The notes under the pieces were generated by a model. It saw only the letters and a list, made by a program, of their open reading frames with translations, did not search any database and was not told the origin of the DNA. 64,000 nt of DNA, from assembly GCF_006345805.1 (NCBI RefSeq), contig NC_043015.1:40424001-40488000 (forward strand). Reading direction: 5' to 3'. The DNA is from Octopus sinensis. Taxonomy: Eukaryota. Positions 22,924-34,285 of the stretch are shown piece by piece (the stretch's first letter is position 1; every line of letters starts with the position of its first letter). The translations under genes and the position numbers were made by a program.

Positions 22924-24164
22924 AAGATGATTCTCGTAAAATCAAAGACAAAAACTGTTTTGCAGTCTTCAGAATCTAAAACATAATTTTTCATTCTCAA
23001 ACGTTCTCCACCGCCATCACCCTGCGATAGACGTGTGACGAGTGAGTGGTTCCACAGACGAAAATGATTGAAGAATTCTCCCGTTTATTTCGGTGCCTTC
23101 AGTTGCCTACATTTTCTCAAAGACGAGAATGGAAGCAGCTAAACAACCACTACAACAACAACAACAACAACAACAACTATTACTACCAAAATGAATTCAA
23201 TCAAATAGATTTTTTTTTTTTTTCTATTTTATCTTTCATTCATCAGATTGTGGCCATGCTGGAGCACCCCCTTGAAGAACTTTAGTCAAACACATCAACC
23301 CTGGTACTTAGTTTTATTTGTTTTTAAGCCTAATACTTATTCTATTGATCTCTTTTGCTGAGCCGCTAAGTTACAAGGATATAAACAAACCAACACTGGT
23401 TATCAAGTGGTGACGGTGGACAAACACAGACAGAAAGACATACACACACACATATATATATACGACAAGCTTCTTTCAGTTTCCATCTACCAAATCCACT
23501 CACAAGGCTTTAGTCAGCCCAAGGCTACAGTGGAAGACACTTGTCCAAGGTGCCACGCAGTGGGACTGAACCCAGAACCATGTGGCTGGGAAGCAAACTT
23601 CTTACCATACAGCCACACCTGTACCTATATTATCAATTAATGTTTTATATTAATAAAAGCCAGCAAACATATTAAAAAATAAGGAACACACACACAGACG
23701 CATATAAATTTACAAACACGTACGTATATAGATTTATAAGCACACATTTTTTTTACCGTTTTTTAATGGTTCTGCATAGGAATTGCTGACCTCTGACCAT
23801 CACATACACAGGTATGTATATGTATTCAATGTGTGTGTGTGTGTGTACTAATATATATTTCTTTACTACCCACAAGGGGCTAAATACAGAGGGGACAAAC
23901 AAGGACAGACAAAGGGATTAAGTCGATTACATCGACCCCAGTGCGTAACTGGTACATAATTTATTGACCCCCGAAAAGGATGAAAGGCAAAGTCGACCTC
24001 GGCGGAATTTGAACTCAAGAACGTAACGGCAGACGAAATACGGCTACGCATTTCGCCCGGCGTGCTAACGTTTCTGCCAGCTCGTGTGTGTACTAATATA
24101 AGTATGTGTTCATACGTGTGCATGTTTCTGTATTATACAAAGAAGAAGAAGAAGAACGACCTAC

Positions 24165-24218
24165 CTTATCATATTCTAACGAATATGTTGATATTTTTGA
24201 ACCATTTTCACAGGCAGC
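24165..24218 (-). CDS. FNDC3A: FNDC3 coding exon 7, 54 nt, phase 0 to 0
   Basis: Acceptor ccctcttttcag|GCT, donor AAG|gtaggt. Reads AACENGSKISTYSLEYDK (FNDC3 motif DNGSKITxYxLExD). Confidence 0.93.
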
Positions 24219-25169
24219 CTGAAAAGAGGGAAGAAAAACCTCAGTTTTATTAATCTAAATACATTTCCATCTTTTTCTCTCAACAACAATAATGGTTTAT
24301 CATACCACCACCACCACAACAACCATCATCATCATCACTATCATCATTGTGATCATCATCAAAGTCGTGTACAGTGGTGGTGGTGGAGGGAGATTAGGTC
24401 ATGTAAGTGCTGTATGGTGGTGGTCATGTATGGGTTCTAGCAGTGGTGATATTTATAGAATCACGAGGGTTGTGGTGGAGGCAGTAGTGGTATGATGTGA
24501 TGCAGTATTGGTGGTGGCGGCGATAGTAGTGGTAGTAGTAGTAAAGAGTTATTTAAGGCATAATCAGCCCCTCCTTGCCACACCCACCACAGTTCACTAA
24601 TTAGCAGCAGGTGTAGGTGAAACTTGCATGGAGATGGAGACAGAGAGAGGGAGAGGATTGAACCTGCTACCTTGGCCACTGAACAAGCAGCAAAGAGAAA
24701 ACAATCTCTCCACCACCACCACTCTCCCCCTCCTCAACACTTAATCAACTATAAATGAGCCATTATCTTTATCACTAGATACCGGTAATATGTTGGGGGG
24801 TAGATATCAAAAGTGATCAGCTCTCTTACCAAAATAGGTCCCTCTAAGCTACACAAGAACTTACTATCATCATCATCATTATTGTTGTTGTTGTTATTGT
24901 GTCAGGCTGGCAGGATCGTTAACAGAGGCAGAAAAAAAAAAAAATTCTTTGCGTTTTTTGTTGCAGCTCATTGCATTCCAAGATCAAATCTTGTCAAGGT
25001 CACTCGAGCATTCCTGTCTCACTTCTGTCTCTTTAACTCTCGACACCAGTGTCCTGGGCCCGGGACACTGGTGCTCAGGGGATCAATAGGTGGTTCATCA
25101 ACTTTTAGACATTATATTATGTCAACTTATTTATTTAGGGCGACATGCTGTGCTTGAGGAAAACCCACT

Positions 25170-25540
25170 GAGTCAAGTACATCAAAATCAAATGGAAATT
25201 GTAGTTGTGATCCCCATACCAGTGGCACATAAAAAGCACCATCTGAACATGGCTGATGCCAGCGCCGCCTTGACTGGCTTCCATGCTGGTGGCACGTAAA
25301 AAACACCAACCGATTGTGGTTGTTGCCAGCCTCCTCTTGCCCCTGTGCTGGTGGCATGTAAAAGGCACCCACTACACTCACGGAGTGGTTGGTGTTAGGA
25401 AGAGCATCCAGCTGTAGAAACACTGCCAGATCAGACTGGAGCCTGGTGCAGCCTCCTGGCTTCCCAGACCCCAGTCGAACCGTCCAACCCATGCCAACAT
25501 GGAAAACGGACATTAACTGATGAGGATGATGATGATGATT
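25170..25540 (+). mobile_element. RTE 3'UTR fragment with two modules
   Basis: Same modules, terminal segment and (GAT)n tail. Further terminal-only copies lie at about 6805-6963+, 10675-10855+, 17878-18021+, 31130-31320-, 34950-35135+, 35235-35393+, 37070-37283+, 41905-42150+, 43820-43900+, 46585-46765-, 54355-54520-, 58540-58640- and 59225-59385+. Confidence 0.8.
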
Positions 25541-26213
25541 TATCTACCCATTCATCCATCTCATACAATGTAAGCAGGGTAGTAACATAGCATGGGAGAA
25601 AATGTCATGGACAGTTGTTGGAATGTTCTTGGAGTGTCACAGAGGAAAAGCAGGAGGACATAGAAGAATGGTAAATTACTCTGCTGGCCGCATAAACATA
25701 CAGAGATGATGATGATGTATGTATGTTTGTATGTATGTACGTACATATGTATTAAGTAAAAAATCTTTTTGGAATGTTACAACTCAAGAATTCTAAACAG
25801 CACCCATTCCTTATCATATTGCAGGAGGTAAAAATATTTTCCACATTTCAGAAACAGATGAAGCATTGATTAAAACAGATATAACATACTTCATAAACAA
25901 CAACAACAACAACAATAATAATAATAATAATGGTAAACAAAGGAAAATATGTAAGAAAAATCGTTGGATAGTTCTTTAATTGAAGTTATAAAAAACTTTA
26001 AATTCCCAAAAGAAGGCCCTGTGTGGCTTGGCAATAAGAAAACAGGTCCTCAAAGAACATAAACAGAAATCTATTTTGGAAATCTCATTTGTCCCTTGGA
26101 GAACAATTTCGAAAATGGCAGTTGTTATAATATTTATTTTGGGGGAAAAGGAAATTAACTTTGCTGGAGAGTTACACACACACACACACACACATTCATT
26201 TATGATGGTGCTA

Positions 26214-26248
<35 letters not shown>

Positions 26249-26275
26249 AAGAATAGAGAATTCTTTCTGACTTAC

Positions 26276-26414
26276 ATTCCACTTTAATAATAAACTGTTT
26301 TTAGTTTTGTTGGCTAATTTTGGATGTTGCGGCTGGTCTGGTACACAACATAAAGTTTTAAAGACGACCGGTTCAGTCATACTCCCCTTTAGTTCTTCAA
26401 ATCGGGAACAAGCT
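26276..26414 (-). CDS. FNDC3A: FNDC3 coding exon 6, 139 nt, phase 2 to 0
   Basis: Acceptor ttcttcttccag|A, donor AAT|gtaagt. Reads ACSRFEELKGSMTEPVVFKTLCCVPDQPQHPKLANKTKNSLLLKWN, matching the FNDC3 repeat 1/2 junction (human-type KGSxSEPVxFxTxSCxP...PKLAHRSKSSLTLQW, recalled). Confidence 0.95.
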
Positions 26415-26559
26415 CTGGAAGAAGAAGAAGAAGAAAATTAATGGTAAATGCAATTCATGAGAACTCCCACTTTTAGATGTGGAAGCAATGGAAGATAAAT
26501 GGTGTCAATGAAAACACTGTTGGTTTGCTTATGACATTGTCAGTGTGAATATGTTCTTT

Positions 26560-26870
26560 ATGATATTACTGTCTTAGTTGTGATGTTGTTTATGACATTG
26601 CTGGTGTAGTTGGCTGTGATGTTTATGACATTGCTGAAGCAGTTGTGACATTATGATACAGTTGTGATGTTGTTTATGACATTGCTAGTGTAGTTGTGAC
26701 ATTATAATACAGTTGTGATGTTGTTTAAGACATTGCTAGTGTAGTTGGCTGTGATGTTTATGACATCGCTGATGCAGTTGTGGTGTTGTTTGTGATATTA
26801 CTATCTTAGTTGTGACATTATGATACAGTTGTGATGTTGTTTGTGACATTGTTGGTGTGGTTGTGATGTG
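26560..26870. repeat. Degenerate minisatellite (TTGTGATGTTGTTTATGACATTG-type units) with an inverted partial copy at 30070-30235
   Basis: Direct reading; ~160 bp of 30070-30235 is the near-exact reverse complement of the right part of this array. Confidence 0.9.
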
Positions 26871-26950
26871 GTTCCTACACTGCTCATAAGTATTTCACTG
26901 CCCGCTTCCATGATTTACCTTGGAGATTTAACAACAACAACAAAATTAAT

Positions 26951-27295
26951 CAATACAGTTCTATATTTAAGAGATGAGGAATTATTTACATTATTTACAT
27001 TTGATGGATATTTGTCCTCATCTTGTTTGTTGTTAGCACAATGTTTCAGCTGATAGACCCTCCAGCCTTCATCAGGTGTCTTGGGGAAACTTCGAACCTG
27101 GGTTCTCATTCCTAAGGTATATTTCGATATTATTATTATTATTCAGGTCACTGCTTGGAATCAAACTCGGAATCTTGGGGTTAGTAGCCCGTGCTCTTAA
27201 CCACTACACCATTTGCCCAGTGGGTATATCAGCCGAAATGTTGTGTTAACAACAAACAAGATGAGGACAAATATCCGTCAAATGTAAATAATGTA
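26951..27295 (-). mobile_element. Composite non-autonomous retroelement: tRNA-like head, hammerhead-bearing Penelope-type tail and inverted partial repeat
   Basis: 12-bp TSD AACAAAATTAAT (26939-26950 and 27296-27307); 76-bp inverted repeats 26985-27060 and 27222-27297; A and B boxes on the minus strand; CTGATGA...GAAAC core. Confidence 0.8.
27034..27082 (-). ncRNA. Minimal type I hammerhead ribozyme fold (degenerate)
   Basis: Minus strand reads GACAC-CTGATGA-A-GGCTG-gagggtctat-CAGCT-GAAA-CATT-GTGCT. Stem I, core and stem II are present. The stem III palindrome ACGT is mutated to ACAT at a CpG. Confidence 0.7.
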
Positions 27296-27448
27296 AACAA
27301 AATTAATTAAATTCAAAATTTAAATGTTACGTTCAAACAGACAACCACCACAAGTCCCCACACTCTTGTAGGCCATCCACACTCAAAGAATTCACCTAGG
27401 GTCACACCAACTGTCTACATATGCAAGGTGACAACATCCAAATCTTAC

Positions 27449-27508
27449 CTTAAGCTGTATTCAGTTGCTGGTTTTAAATTCTTCAATGTAATCTCTTGAA
27501 ATGGACCA
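27449..27508 (-). CDS. FNDC3A: FNDC3 coding exon 5, 60 nt, phase 2 to 2
   Basis: Acceptor tctcatccacag|T, donor AAG|gtaaga. Reads (S)GPFQEITLKNLKPATEYSL(R), containing the FN3 L-x-P-x-T-x-Y motif. Confidence 0.93.
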
Positions 27509-29022
27509 CTGTGGATGAGACATTGAAAAAACAGTTAAAGAACTTGAGGCCAATAACAGTTCCTGGTGAAGATTATGGTACTAACAAGTCTAATTATGAG
27601 AAACAGGAAGCAATTAAGGAATATAGATTTTAGTTTGGTTGTATGTCTGCTTTTCTATGCTGGAATGGGTTGGACGAAACTTGTGGCACGTTTTCTACAG
27701 CTGGATGCTTTCTCTGTCACCAACCCTTACCCCTTTTACTAAGAAAAGCATATCCCCCCTCCCCGTCCCCATTCCACTGGTCCTCAAACACGAAAGTTGA
27801 AACTACAGGAACTTTGCTTACCAAAGAATGGAAACAGAAACACTTTTTTTTTGTTTTTGCTGAGATGGTATTAATGAGGACACACACACATGATGGGCTT
27901 CTTCTTAGTTTCCTCTATCAATTTCATTCACAAAGTATTAGTCAGCAGTAGAAGATTCTTGCTCAAGGTGTCATGCAATGGGACTGACCCCTGAACCAGG
28001 TGGCTGAGAAGCAAATTTCTAAATCATACAACCGTACCTGCCCCTTTTCACAAAATACAATTACGAAATATATTTACAACAACTCCCTGCTGAACACGGT
28101 GATGGTATTTAACTACTTAAAGACCTTGCAAGGCAAAAAGGGTAAGTTGACCCCAGCTGAATTTACCACGAAAGTACAAAACTAAATATCTTGTCTAGAT
28201 ATTTAGTTTTATAGAAAGGATTGTTAATTATAACTAGCAGAAATAATGCCTTCCAGGGGCAGTAAAGCACTGACACCCCTCTCCTGCTTGACTGGTACTT
28301 ACTATATTTTAACATGTATAAGGGGTTCTTTTTTGTCAAAAATTAGGTTAAAAAAATATGGATAGGATTATAATTCCTTACAAAACCTTTTTCCAAATTT
28401 TAAGCCCCCCAAATTAGGGGGTTCCTTATGCATGGTAAGATATGGTATTTCATCGACCCTCAGAGGACAAAAGGTAAAGTTGAAGTTGGTGGAATTTGTA
28501 CTCTCAACATAAAACCAGAAAAAGAGCCAGCACGCATTTGTCTGGTTTGCTGTCAGTTGTGCTAGCAATGCCAGACAAAATGTGTGGCAGTAATTAATAA
28601 CATTGATAATTCTTTCTACCATATGCACAAGGGCTGAAATTTTGAGAGAAGGGATTAAGCCGATTACATTGACCCCAGTGCATAACTGGTACTTATTTCG
28701 ATCCTGAAAGGATGAAAGGCAAAGTCGACCTAGGTGGAATTTGAACTCAGAACATAGCAACGGACATATGTTGTTAAGCATTTTACCTGGTGCGCTAACG
28801 ATTTTGCCACAAGGGCAGCAATTTTGGGGGGAGGGGATGAGTCGATTACATCGACCCCAGTGCATAACTGGTACTTGTTTCATCGACACAGAAAGGATGG
28901 AAAGCAAAGTCGACCACGGCAGAATTTGAACTCAGAATTGTAAGGACAGATGAAAATGCAGCTGAACATTCTGCCCGGCGTGCTAACGATCCTGGCACCT
29001 TAATAATAATTAGAATAATCAC

Positions 29023-29162
29023 CTGTATACTGTTCTGTATTTATCTCGGCCTTTCTCTGATAACTGAAGCTCGACATGAACTGTGGACATCTCAAACTCG
29101 CTTTGGTCAAAGTCTGGAGGTGCCATTATTAGTGAGGCACTTCTTGGTTCCACTTCTTTTAC
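29023..29162 (-). CDS. FNDC3A: FNDC3 coding exon 4 (FN3 repeat 1), 140 nt, phase 0 to 2
   Basis: Acceptor tgtgttttcag|GTA, donor ACAG|gtgatt. Reads VKEVEPRSASLIMAPPDFDQSEFEMSTVHVELQLSEKGRDKYRTVY(S). Confidence 0.9.
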
Positions 29163-30741
29163 CTGAAAACACAAAGACAAACAAATAAATAAACACCTTC
29201 CCCCTCTCTCCTCCTCCTCTCACCACCACCATCATCATCATTATCATCAACATAATACTAGTGTTTCTTAATAACTTCCTCCTCTTCTATAATTGTGGTA
29301 AAGATAATGACTTAGTAATTGTAAGCGTATGTGTGTGTGTGGAGATTGGTAAAGAGGTTTAAGGAACCGTTTACCTCTGTCATCAACAAGAGGAATTTAC
29401 TGAGGCACAGTTGCTTGACCTGCTAGAAATAGCAATGAAATCTTCATCAAATCACATCTTAAGAAAAAAAAAACAAAGGACACACTAAAGAGGGCAGCCC
29501 TTGCTACAAAACCAATGGGATGGTTAAGGTTGGAATGTCTTTGATCATAGGCTGTTCTGGGGTGAAACAACAACATTTATCTCTGTGTGAAAGGAAAGTA
29601 GATTGTATAAAATTTGAGGAAAAAGTTGAATAATGGAAGCTAGAAAATCATGGAGGTGTGAATGAGGAGATTAAAGAGTGAAGAAATATGAAGTATTGAA
29701 TGGCAGAGAGACATGGAGGTGTGAATGAGGAGATTAAAGAGTGAAGAAATATGAAGTATTGAATGTAGAAGATCTGTGGAAGATGGCTACAAATGAGGAA
29801 AATATAGTCTAGGGGATGTGTGAGGTTTCTCAACATGAGAAAGAGGGAGAGAGAGAGAACACAATGAATCGAGAGCATTAGAAACCTGAGATGGACGTAA
29901 GGTGAGTGGACAAGATGTGCTGCAGTGAAAAACATGTTGTACTGTCCAGCTGTTGTAGTTATTTAGTTTCAGATTAGCTTATGTCAAACAGACCTATGAT
30001 TAAAGACATCCCAGCTGTGACCATCATACCTCTTTGTTCCATACAGTACAATAGATATCGTTTTTAAAGACAATGTCACAAACACCATCACAACTATCAT
30101 AATGTCACAACTAAGATAGTAATATCACAAACAACACCACAACTGCATCAGCAATGTCATAAACATCACAGCCAACTACACCAGCAATGTCATAAACAAC
30201 ATCACAACTGTATCATAATGTCACAACTGCCTCAGCAGTGTAATTTGAAGAGGGATCTGGCTGTTATTTCTAACCGTTGAGCAACTACACAAAAGATACC
30301 TTTGTCTGATCAAGCAGCTGAGAGCCTGAGCCTCAAAGATGAGACAGCAAAAGAGCCAAGTGAACTAGGTGGACTTATCCAACTTAAGTCTATGACAGGA
30401 AGGAAATAACAGATGTTAAAACAACAAACACCATAATACTGAAGGCGCAATAAAACGGTAGAATCACATTAATCACAGACTTGTCTCCTGTAATGCAACA
30501 CAGCACCTCTGTGTTGCATTCCCTACCGTTTCTTGTTGTGTGAACGACATAAGGAACTCTTTGAAGAGAATAAACATATGGCACCACAGCAGAGACATAT
30601 GGGGGGGGGACAAGAGTGAAGATGACATAAATGTATGATCAAAACAGTAGAAGTACAATTTCTGTTACGTAACCATTTAAAAGTTAACAGTCCACAATAC
30701 ACAACTGCATCTATATAACAATGTGTGTGTGCATATATATA

Positions 30742-31134
30742 CTAGCAGTATCGCCCAGCGTTGCTCGGGCTTGTTTCAACTCTTTAGAATTGGAATTTTT
30801 GAAAAGTAAAAATTTTGCACTATGTAGCTTGTTATTCTCTTTAAATTGACATTTTTCTGGTTGGAATACACCGAAAAATGGCGACACAGCAGTAAAAAAA
30901 ATCGTTAAAAAATAGGGATTTTCATAGAAAATAAAGCACCTTTTTGATGTAAATAATTTTTGGTGTTAACATAGTCCGATTTGAACTTTATCTTCTACGG
31001 AATGAAGAGCAAGCCTTCTTCTATCATACTCTCAATTTTGGTCAACTTGCGCCGCAGGGTCTTGGAGGAGATAGTGTTAGTTGAAGGCTACCAAACCTGC
31101 CATACACAGACAACTTCAGCTTTATATATATATC
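30742..31134 (-). mobile_element. Non-autonomous Helitron
   Basis: Minus strand begins ATATATATAAAG and ends with a subterminal hairpin GCCCGAGCAACGCTGGGC followed by CTAG|T, with no TSD. Confidence 0.75.
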
Positions 31135-31899
31135 ACCATTTAATTCTTGTTTTCCATGCTGGCATGGGTTGGACAGTTTGACAAGGAACTGGCAAGCCGG
31201 AGAGCTGCATCAATCTCCAACTGTCCATTCTGGCATGGTTTTTACAGTTGGATGCCCTTCCTAATGCCAACCCTGTTACAGAGTGAACTGGGTGCCTTTT
31301 ATGAGGCACCATCACAGGAGCTCTTTACATGACACCATGTTTATATATCTATATGGCATGGAGAATGGAGAGTAGTGGAGTTAAGCGATTGGGTTTCTGT
31401 AACTCTAACCCATCATGTAATACTGAAAACATATCCAATTGTACGATGAGACGAAGAAATGGATATGAAGATGATACACACATAAACACACCCCTGCCGC
31501 CACCACCACCCTCACCCCCCCGTCTGCTCTTCCATGCCCGACTTGTTTGGTTGGAGGCCTTCTTTAGTCCAATACTTTGTCATTTCTTAAATTTCTTTGT
31601 CATTGGTTTTAACCACTTCCTCCCATGTCTTCTTTGTTTCGCTTCCTTTTTCCTGAATCATTTTGCCCTTCATCACCCAACCTCATTACATTTTCCACAC
31701 TTATCAAATCTCCATACCCACACGGTTTCTTCTATCACCTGTAACATCCGACTCCTCTTACATCCGTTTCCTTTCTTTTCTCTCTCCCAGTTCGTCTCTG
31801 CCGTATCATTCACACATGCTAACATCACACATCCAAAAGAGAACAAATTCCTCAATTCTCTTCCAACATTCATCCTCTAAATTCAATACCCGCATCTCT

Positions 31900-32130
31900 C
31901 AACCATCCAGCATCACAATTCATACACATACAACCATACAAGTCTGTCCTTTGCTTGGATACAAACCCCACCTTTTACTATCTTGGGGTAACAGATCTTT
32001 GAGCAGTTTCCATGCAATCCTTGCTCTGGTTATTTTAACTTCAAGACAGCCCTTACCCCTGCTAATATGGTCTCCTAGATAACAGAAACTATCAACTATT
32101 TCTACCAAACCTTGTTGCGACTGGCGGTAG
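31900..32130 (-). mobile_element. RTE-clade LINE ORF fragment (degenerate)
   Basis: Translates as VEIVDSFCYLGDHISRGKGCLEVKITRARIAWKLLKDLLP, matching the RTE post-RT motif LEVVDSFxYLGDxIxxGGGC...RIRIAWxKFRELLP. Confidence 0.8.
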
Positions 32131-33959
32131 CAGCCTCTGCATTGCCACCATTGATTTGTTCTCTGCTTAACCAAGTTTGTTGGGGTTTGACAGAATTTGT
32201 TAAGGCGGATTTTCTATGGCCGGATGTTCTTCCTGTCACCAACCCTCACCTATTTCCATGTAAGACTAGAAACAAACAACACTGCTTGTATGACAGTGAT
32301 GCTCATTTACAATCATCATGAAATACCAAAACAAGGACAGAAATACACACACACACACACATGACGGGGCTCGTTTCAGGTAACAGTCGACCCAGAGCTA
32401 GAATAGAAGACACTTGCCTGGATGTCACAGAGTGGGACTGAACCTGAAACCATATGGTTGCAGAACAAATTTCTTAACCACACAGCTATGCCTGTGCCTA
32501 CACACACACACACACACACACACAGACATGAGGTCCTTGATCATCTCAGATTATGACAACCCATCTAATCTATGCCAGAATGGAAAATGGACACAAAATG
32601 ATGATGACGATGATACTGTCCCTTCTTTGTATGTAAATATGAATGTCCACACACACACACATTTTATCTGTACTGGCCATCAGATGGTCATTGGACAGTA
32701 ACAGCACCATATTAGGCTTTCCATGGGAAAAGATTTGCTGGACCATCATTTAGCCCTTCATTTTTGGAGAAAGGGTCACTGTTAGTGGTCCCTCAGGACC
32801 CTTTCTCACAGTGTGTTGTAAGAGAGAGAGAGAGAGAGAGCAGAATTGGGTCCAGTATATGACTGGCATTTCACTGACTATTCCCCCACTCCTTCCAGAA
32901 AGAGGAAACATAATGTTGACCTTGGTGGGCTCTGCTCTCAAAGAGTGCAGAAAACCAGACAAAATACCAAAGAGCACATTCTAGCCTGTGCTCTGATGTC
33001 AATGCTAATTGACCACACGCACACACACACACACACATACACAACACACACACACACACACACATTTACCATTTATGTAGAAATAAATATTGTAATACGA
33101 TTGTTCTGATCAAGTTACCATGACACGACATGGCTGGCATGGCACAACAAATGAAGGCGATGGTGGTGGTGGTGGTTGCGAACACGACTCTGACATCAAA
33201 CATTCGTAATCAGCTTTGTCATGCCACCAGTTACCATAGAAACCTGAAAGAAACGAGTGGGGTTGGAGGAGTGGTGGAGGGTTCCAGTGGATGAGTAAGT
33301 CAGTGTGAAATATGCGGAAGTACGAAAAGGAAGGTCTCTTGATAAGCTATGATGATGATGATGATGATGATTAAGAGGTGAAAGAAAGAAAGAAACAAGT
33401 AGGGGGAGGGGACAGAGAAGGGACCAGTGTCAAATAAGTTAATTGTTGCCATTGTGTGTTGTTTAAACTGGACAGGTCAGCCCTGATCCATCGGATAGAT
33501 GTATGATCGTAGACATGCCAGCTGCGGCCCTAAATATATCTAGGACTACAGTACACGACATATCATTTCTCTTTTAGTTAAAACGCTTGGACGGGATTTA
33601 TATAAGATTTGGTTGCTATTTCTAACAAATCAAGTGATGACATATATATTTCTTTATTGTCCACAAGGGACTACACACAGAGGGGACAAACAAGGACAGA
33701 CAAAGGGAGTAAGTCGATTACATCAACCCCAGTGCGTAACTGGTACTAAATTTATCGACCCCGAAAGGATGAAAGGCAAAGTCGACCTTGGCGGAATTTG
33801 AACTCAGAACGTAAAGATGGGACGAAATGCAGCTACGCATTTCACCCGTTTCTGCCAGATCGCCGCCTTCCAAAGTGATGACATATAGCCTCTGTTGTGG
33901 TCACATCATTGTGTTAAGCTGATCTTGTTGTAGCCAATAGATAAGATTAATACTGGTTA

Positions 33960-34285
33960 GTGTGACTGGACACTGGAGGGAATAAAGTTAGACGAGGTCA
34001 GTGTAGAGGGACAAAGTACAAATATGTTGAGAAAAAAATGGACATAAAAAGGAATCAGATGAAGGGAGCAGAAGAGAAGACTACATTGGCATTGGACATG
34101 TGATGTGATTGGATGAGGACAGCTGTAGACAGAAGAGGATGGAGCTTGTGGAAGAGGGAAAAATCCAGGGAAGATACGGAATGAAGTAGTGAAGGCTGAT
34201 CTCAGGAATTTGAACCTTGTGGAGGAGATGAGAAAGGATGAAAATGATTGTTAATATGTGGTATGAAGAAGACCTGCCAATCATG
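33960..34285 (+). mobile_element. RTE-clade LINE C-terminal fragment (degenerate)
   Basis: Frameshifted remnants of RLxWxGHVMRMDEDS...GRGxPxKxWxEVVKADLRxLNLxEEM...KKT. Confidence 0.65.

Noticed and set aside
27145-27218. Functional tRNA gene (likewise the heads at ~46845 and ~55400)
   Set aside because: The acceptor stem and B box are degenerate and each is embedded in a repeat body; these are SINE heads.
30492-30520. 12-bp perfect hairpin (and a 9-bp hairpin at 16231-16254)
   Set aside because: Too short for a pre-miRNA, with no other support; near chance expectation in 64 kb.
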